From Candidatus Latescibacterota bacterium (GTDB lineage: Bacteria; Latescibacterota; UBA2968; GCA-2709665), in NCBI GenBank assembly GCA_965219995.1, contig CBDCOX010000002.1, positions 1,344,001 through 1,408,000 of the forward strand: a stretch of DNA of 64,000 bases, read 5' to 3'. The position numbers and the translations under genes are program-made. Shown here one piece after another: positions 58,949-64,000 of the stretch (position 1 is its first letter; each line of letters starts with the position of its first letter). The notes beneath the pieces are model-generated. The model saw only the letters and a program-made list of their open reading frames with translations, made no database searches and had not been told where the DNA came from.

Positions 58949-59824
58949 TCAGGCGCGCACGTCCGCGCCAGATTGCGGGTTCAGCAGAAGGGAAAACAGC
59001 CTGGCCAGCATCTGGCGCATTTCGCTGCGCGGCACGATCATATCGACAAATCCATGCTCCAGGACTTTTTCCGCGCGCTGGGCGCGACGCAGGGCTTCCA
59101 GTTCCTCCTCACCCACCGAACTTCCGGTTATCCGCTCGCCCGTAAAGCCGATCAACGCGTTGGGTTCCGCAATGTTGATATCGCCGATCAGCGCATAGCT
59201 GGCCGACACTCCTGCCGTCGTCGGATCGGTCAGGATGGAAATGAACAGAAGCTCCTCGTCTGCGAACCGGGCCAGTCTGGCGTTGATTTTCGCCAGCTGC
59301 ATCAGAGAGAGCGCGCTTTCCATCATCCTCGCACCACCCGAGCGACAGATCAGGATCAGCGGCAGGCGCTCGGTGATACAGCGGTCGATCAGCCGGCAGA
59401 ACCGCTCTCCCTCCGCCGAAGACAGGGTACCCATGATGAACGACGGCTCGTGTATGCCCACGCCCGCGCGCCAGCCATCGAGCTTACCGATGCCTACACA
59501 GACCGCCGCATCCAGCCCCGTGGCCTTGCGACCTTCCCTGATTCGATCGGCATATCGCTTTCTGTCTTCGAAATTCAGGGGATCGGCGGACTTCACTTCC
59601 CTGGCGATTTCCTCGAAAGTACCCGGATCCAGGATGTGATCCAGATACTCTTTGTAGCTTATTCTGAAATGCGCGCCGCAATGGGGACAGATCCCGTATT
59701 CCTGCCGGACCTGCTTGCTGTAGAGCGTCTGGTGGCAACGTTCGCACTTGATCCACAGATTGTCGGGCATCGTCCGCCGGACAAGCGTCTGAATGCCGGA
59801 TTTCAATCGATCGAACCAATTCAC
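58949..59824 (-). CDS. accD: Acetyl-CoA carboxylase carboxyltransferase beta subunit (divergent)
   Basis: LWIKCERC...CPHC zinc finger, DPLNF, SGGARMME, DPTTAGVSAS, AEPNALIGF, HGFVDMIV. Confidence 0.88.
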   Translation of the reverse strand: MNWFDRLKSGIQTLVRRTMPDNLWIKCERCHQTLYSKQVRQEYGICPHCGAHFRISYKEYLDHILDPGTFEEIAREVKSADPLNFEDRKRYADRIREGRKATGLDAAVCVGIGKLDGWRAGVGIHEPSFIMGTLSSAEGERFCRLIDRCITERLPLILICRSGGARMMESALSLMQLAKINARLARFADEELLFISILTDPTTAGVSASYALIGDINIAEPNALIGFTGERITGSSVGEEELEALRRAQRAEKVLEHGFVDMIVPRSEMRQMLARLFSLLLNPQSGADVRA

Positions 59825-59952
59825 GATGAATTTTCCCTGTAAGGTCCTGCTGAATTACCCTGCCTTCAGGGTCCAGATCCCTTCCGGGCGGAACGCGAAA
59901 TATACCCCCATGAGCAGTTTGACACAAGAAAATTAAACCATAGCAAGCAGTT

Positions 59953-60039
59953 AGCAGTCCATTGAAAAAGTCGCTCTGCAGGCGAGGCATGGTGTCCCGT
60001 CCCGGAAATATGTCACCATTCATCCGCCGATTCATCCCG
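59953..60039. mobile_element. MITE remnants: partial copy of the 50935 element preceded by another IS-like end
   Basis: 59992-60039 matches 50935-50982 at 42/48 nt. 59953-59972 AGCAGTCCATTGAAAAAGTC resembles an IS1182-type end. Confidence 0.65.
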
Positions 60040-60081
60040 CGAAGAGATCCGGAAACGCATCCCGGTCATATAGAATTTCTA

Positions 60082-60110
60082 TTGACATACTTTCGCAAAT
60101 CTTATAGTTT
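60082..60110 (+). promoter_or_regulatory. Sigma70 promoter of the lysR gene
   Basis: TTGACA followed by TATAGT (15-bp spacer) or TAGTTT (17-bp spacer). Confidence 0.55.
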
Positions 60111-60253
60111 CCCTTCGTAATTCACCGACCGATGCCGAGGAACGTCCGCTCGTCGCGGCGCCCTGATTCCGTGAGGACCCGAAGCCGTTTCGCACGACCG
60201 GCATCACGAACGCATCCGGAAAACGTCCGTCACACCGAACGGGAAACCGGCTT

Positions 60254-61138
60254 GTGCTAACCGAGAGTCTGAAGGTCTTCTGCGACCTCATCGAAACCCA
60301 GAGCTTTTCCAAAACCGCCGTACTCAATGACGTCAGCCAGTCGGCTGTGAGCCAGCAGCTGAAGAGCATCGAGAAACGACACGGGCGTCAACTCGTACAG
60401 CGGGAAAAGAGGCGACTTTCCCTTACGGCGGAAGGTGAAATCTTCTATGGCTACGCCCGGGAAATCGTCCGCCGCTTCGATGAAATGCAGCACCGCATTC
60501 AGGCCTTGAGCGGCGAGGTTTCCGGTACGGTTCGACTCACCGCCATCTACGGCGTGGGCATGATGGAACTGGCGCCATATCTGAAAACCTACCTCAAATC
60601 CCATCCGGGAGTGAACCTGCGACTGTCATATTCTCAGGCCGGACACATCTACGACAATGTGGCAAGCGGCCAGATCGATCTGGGCATCGTCGCCTTTCCC
60701 CGCTCTCAACGAAACGTGGACGCGGTCCCGTTTGCGCAGGACCGTATGGTCGTGATCTGCTCCGTGTCCAACCCGCTCAGCGTGCAATCGTCCGTCAGTC
60801 CGGGTCAGCTGGCCGACCATCCGCTCATTCTGTTCACACCCGAGGCGCCCACCCGGACGGCCGTCGACCGCCATTTCAGGAAACACGGCGTGACCCTCCG
60901 ACCGGTCATGGAACTGGACCACATCGCAACCCTGATCCACGCCGTCGAGGTTGATATCGGGATCTCCCTCGTGCCTGCATCGGCATTGAGGCAGGGACGA
61001 TTCAAAGACACCCTCAAAGCGCTTCCGCTCCAGGGCAAGCCGCTGATCCGAACCCTCGGCGTCCTGCAACGCAGGGGCCGCAGTTTTTCCATGGCTGCGC
61101 AGAAGTTGATGGAGACGCTGTCCCGCGGCCAACAATGA
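60254..61138 (+). CDS. LysR family transcriptional regulator
   Basis: LKVFCDLIETQSFSKTAVLNDVSQSAVSQQLKSIE HTH, LTAEGE, IDLGIV. Confidence 0.95.
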   Translation: MLTESLKVFCDLIETQSFSKTAVLNDVSQSAVSQQLKSIEKRHGRQLVQREKRRLSLTAEGEIFYGYAREIVRRFDEMQHRIQALSGEVSGTVRLTAIYGVGMMELAPYLKTYLKSHPGVNLRLSYSQAGHIYDNVASGQIDLGIVAFPRSQRNVDAVPFAQDRMVVICSVSNPLSVQSSVSPGQLADHPLILFTPEAPTRTAVDRHFRKHGVTLRPVMELDHIATLIHAVEVDIGISLVPASALRQGRFKDTLKALPLQGKPLIRTLGVLQRRGRSFSMAAQKLMETLSRGQQ

Positions 61139-61207
61139 GCTGCCGCAGTGATCCCGCCATGTCGAAAACCCGCGGGAACGGCCGCATGGCGCAGATAAGG
61201 AGCCCGT

Positions 61208-61768
61208 ATGTCGATACCGAGCCGGGATGAAGCCTTTCAACTGTTGTGCGAACACACCAGGAATCCGAATCTGATCAAGCACATGCTGGCTGTCGAAGCC
61301 GCAATGCGGGCCTATGCGCGCAGCTTCGGACAGGACGAGGACCTGTGGGGCATCACGGGGCTGCTGCACGACTTTGATTACGAAAAACACCCGGACCCCG
61401 AAGAACACCCGATGGTGGGCGTCGGCATCCTATCGGAAAAGGGATATCCTCCGGAAGTCCTCCACGCCATCAAATCCCACGCCACCTATCTTGGCGTGCC
61501 CAGGGACAGTCTTCTCGACAAGGCCCTGTTCGCCGTGGACGAACTCACCGGGTTTATCGTGGCCGTAACGCTGATGCAGCCTTCCAGGAAGCTGGCGGAC
61601 CTGAAGACCTCGTCCGTACGCCGGAAGCTGAAGCAGAAGGGATTCGCGCGGGCGGTCAGTCGGGAGGACATCCACGCCGGGGCAACGGAACTGGGTGTGG
61701 ACATGGACGATCACATCGCATTCGTACGCGATGCAATGGCCGGCATCGCTCAGGAACTGGGCCTGTAG
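61208..61768 (+). CDS. HDIG-type HD-domain hydrolase
   Basis: KHMLAVE, GLLHDFDYE, HP, AIKSH, AVDELTG. Confidence 0.92.
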   Translation: MSIPSRDEAFQLLCEHTRNPNLIKHMLAVEAAMRAYARSFGQDEDLWGITGLLHDFDYEKHPDPEEHPMVGVGILSEKGYPPEVLHAIKSHATYLGVPRDSLLDKALFAVDELTGFIVAVTLMQPSRKLADLKTSSVRRKLKQKGFARAVSREDIHAGATELGVDMDDHIAFVRDAMAGIAQELGL

Positions 61769-61880
61769 CAGTCGGACCGTGGGTCACACGGCTTCCCCGG
61801 GCCTGCCCGGGCCGAAATCACAGACAGGCCTCGGAATCTACGGGGGCGGCGGTCCCCGCCTCGGGGGTCTCTCACACCGG

Positions 61881-64000
61881 CTACCTTTTCAACACATACA
61901 GCACGCCGTCTTCGGATGCAGCGGCAATCTCGGGGATGCCGTCACCGTCCACATCCGCGGCAGCCATCGTCAACAACGGCCCGCCCGTCCTGAACCTCGC
62001 GACCGTCCGTCCGTCTTCGTTGGCGAGCAGGTGTACCACGCCATCCCCGGTGCCAGCGACGACTTCGGGTTTGCCGTCGCCGTCGAAGTCACCCACGGCA
62101 ATACAACGCACGACTTCCCCCAGGTCCGCCCGCCAGACGAGGGTACGTCCGTCGCCCTTGATCACATACACGTTGAAACTCATCGAAGACGCCACCACCT
62201 CGTCCAACCCATCGGCGTCCATGTCGACCGTCACGACCTGCGTCACCTCATCCCCCGTGTTGAACTGCCACAGGAGTTCGCCGCCGGCGTTCAGGGTGTG
62301 GACATGCGTATCGGCCCCCGCGAAGATCACTTCCTTGCGTCCGTCGCCGTCCAGGTCTCCCGCCGCGGCGGAATTGGTCCGAGGACCCGTCCGCGGATGG
62401 TAGGACCACCGGATCTCTCCGCTGCCGTCAATGCAGTGCCATCTGTGATATTCGGTTCCGGCAATTACCTCATCCCTGCCGTCGCCGTCGATGTCCGCCG
62501 CGCATCCCTGCGTGGATGAGTGTACCGTCATCTGATACCACAGCAGCTTGCCATCGTGGGTGAACGCGTAGTATCGCCAGGACTCCGCCCCCGCGATCAC
62601 CTCCAGTTTACCGTCCCCGTCGATATCGCCGGCAAAAACGGTTTTCAACATCGGCTTACGGTAGTACAGAGGGATTTCGTAGTCCCATTTCAACTCTCCC
62701 CTTGCGTCGAGCACGTAGATCTTCGTATCGGCAGACCCGGCAATCACCCGGGTCCTGCCGTCCCGCGCCAGATCCGCCGCCCACACGGACCGGACCTCGC
62801 CTCCCGTACCGAACCGCCAGAGGGCTTCGCCGTCGCGCAGCGCACAGACCGACGCGCCCCGGCCGCCCGCCACCAGTACGTCCGACCCGTCTCTCAGAAG
62901 ATCGGCCCGTTGCACTGAAAGAAACGGACCCTCCTCAGCATACGCCCACAACGCCTTCAACCGGCCCACGCGACCCCATCGGGGCCGGATCAGCGCCGGC
63001 TGAGCAACTTTCGGGCGGACCGTACGGACGGCCGCCTCGCGCAAGGCCATCACGGCGTCCGGCACCAGGGCGAATCGATGGTCTCCCTTCCGCAACGCGA
63101 ATGACACCATCCCGTCGGAAACCGACGCATCCACGGGTTTCCCGTTGACGGTGACACCGGAACGACCATCCGACCACAGACACAGCCGCGTGGCCTGCCG
63201 GACCGAGGCGCGCCCTTCTCCTCGAACCGGATCGTACTCGACGGAAATCGGGTGCTCCGATTTCAGCTGTACGCCGCCCCAGGAGACCAGCGTGCCGTCC
63301 ACAACCGCAATCCCGGACGGAGACACCATAAACTGCGCGGCGGCCACGGTGGGTCCATCGGGAATTTCGACCGGAACATCGCTCTCCCCCACGCCGGCGA
63401 ACATGACATCCTCGCCTCCGTCGATCCGGACCGCCCCGTCGGCCAGCTGCACCAGTTTCAGCCGCCGCGCCGCCGAATCGCCGGCGCAGTAGAGCAGATT
63501 GAAGAACCGGTACGTCTCGCCCGCCTTCAAACGAACGTCCACGATCTGCTGCAGAATCCGCACGACCGGTTCCGCGTGCGGATAGTCCGTCCAGTTGGCG
63601 CCGGTCTCGTGGTCGTCCTCCAGCTTAAGCGACGGTCCCTTCAGTCCTTCGATATAGAACCGCTCCCCATCCTGTTCCACCGCGAGCCCGCCGCCTCGCA
63701 GAGTCACGTTGCCCAGCGTCTGCCATACCGCCCGGAAACCGTAATCGTCGTCCGACAGCGCTTCCATCTCGTCGATGACGAGGAAGAACCGGCCCCGGCT
63801 CCAGAGAATGTTGCGGTGCCAGTCCACCCCGCTATAGTTGCGAAGTGTCGTTTCGGAAAATCCCGAACAGCCCAAATCCGCGGCGCGCTCGAGCTCGACA
63901 AACGGGGGGATTTCGGCGGACTGTCCATCCCTGAAAACCAGCACCCCGTTGTGAAATTTGGGCAGGGACTTGATATAGTCGCAGTCGGCCAGCCAGATCC
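61881..64000 (-). CDS. Large protein (5'-partial): heparinase II/III-like C-terminal region plus FG-GAP/PQQ beta-propeller
   Basis: Frame is open to the window edge (IWLADCDY...FHNGV, WHRNILW...FFLVIDE). About 7 DxDGDG.xEV repeats at the C-terminus. Confidence 0.82.
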   Translation of the reverse strand, partial: IWLADCDYIKSLPKFHNGVLVFRDGQSAEIPPFVELERAADLGCSGFSETTLRNYSGVDWHRNILWSRGRFFLVIDEMEALSDDDYGFRAVWQTLGNVTLRGGGLAVEQDGERFYIEGLKGPSLKLEDDHETGANWTDYPHAEPVVRILQQIVDVRLKAGETYRFFNLLYCAGDSAARRLKLVQLADGAVRIDGGEDVMFAGVGESDVPVEIPDGPTVAAAQFMVSPSGIAVVDGTLVSWGGVQLKSEHPISVEYDPVRGEGRASVRQATRLCLWSDGRSGVTVNGKPVDASVSDGMVSFALRKGDHRFALVPDAVMALREAAVRTVRPKVAQPALIRPRWGRVGRLKALWAYAEEGPFLSVQRADLLRDGSDVLVAGGRGASVCALRDGEALWRFGTGGEVRSVWAADLARDGRTRVIAGSADTKIYVLDARGELKWDYEIPLYYRKPMLKTVFAGDIDGDGKLEVIAGAESWRYYAFTHDGKLLWYQMTVHSSTQGCAADIDGDGRDEVIAGTEYHRWHCIDGSGEIRWSYHPRTGPRTNSAAAGDLDGDGRKEVIFAGADTHVHTLNAGGELLWQFNTGDEVTQVVTVDMDADGLDEVVASSMSFNVYVIKGDGRTLVWRADLGEVVRCIAVGDFDGDGKPEVVAGTGDGVVHLLANEDGRTVARFRTGGPLLTMAAADVDGDGIPEIAAASEDGVLYVLKR

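Noticed and set aside
1-64000. CRISPR arrays, tRNA/rRNA, prophage or transposase genes
   Set aside because: None recognised by eye. A small RNA gene could have been missed without a covariance search.

Overview
GC-rich bacterial chromosome window. The gene content (ankyrin proteins, heparinase II/III-like and FG-GAP proteins, many orphan sugar and amino-acid enzymes) is reminiscent of Latescibacterota/Poribacteria-like organisms, but the taxonomy is inference only. About 45 intact CDS are present; I found no rRNA, tRNA or CRISPR array. Two accessory islands stand out. (1) ~1.0-11.7 kb: an imuA-imuB-dnaE2 mutasome cassette with a perfect 22-bp operator palindrome, then an AT-richer BsmI/Mva1269I-like Type IIS R-M system (two MTases plus a convergent two-nuclease-domain REase), then an SRAP gene. 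(2) ~34.4-46.7 kb: a Type I R-M locus (hsdM-hsdS-hsdR) densely interleaved with intact and decayed toxin-antitoxin modules. Here HsdM is fused in frame to an apparently intact PIN RNase domain and followed by a small partner gene. A second, diverged copy of the hsdM 3' end lies 1.8 kb downstream, suggesting that the PIN/TA cassette arrived by replacing the hsdM 3' end. This HsdM-PIN fusion and its cassette architecture is the best candidate for an undescribed system. Smaller items: a MITE and a partial second copy, a GTAG-type REP palindrome that supplies the hsdS stop codon, an antitoxin disrupted by an internal inverted duplication, and a phosphoesterase-ankyrin read-through fusion. All family assignments come from motif recognition, not database searches.
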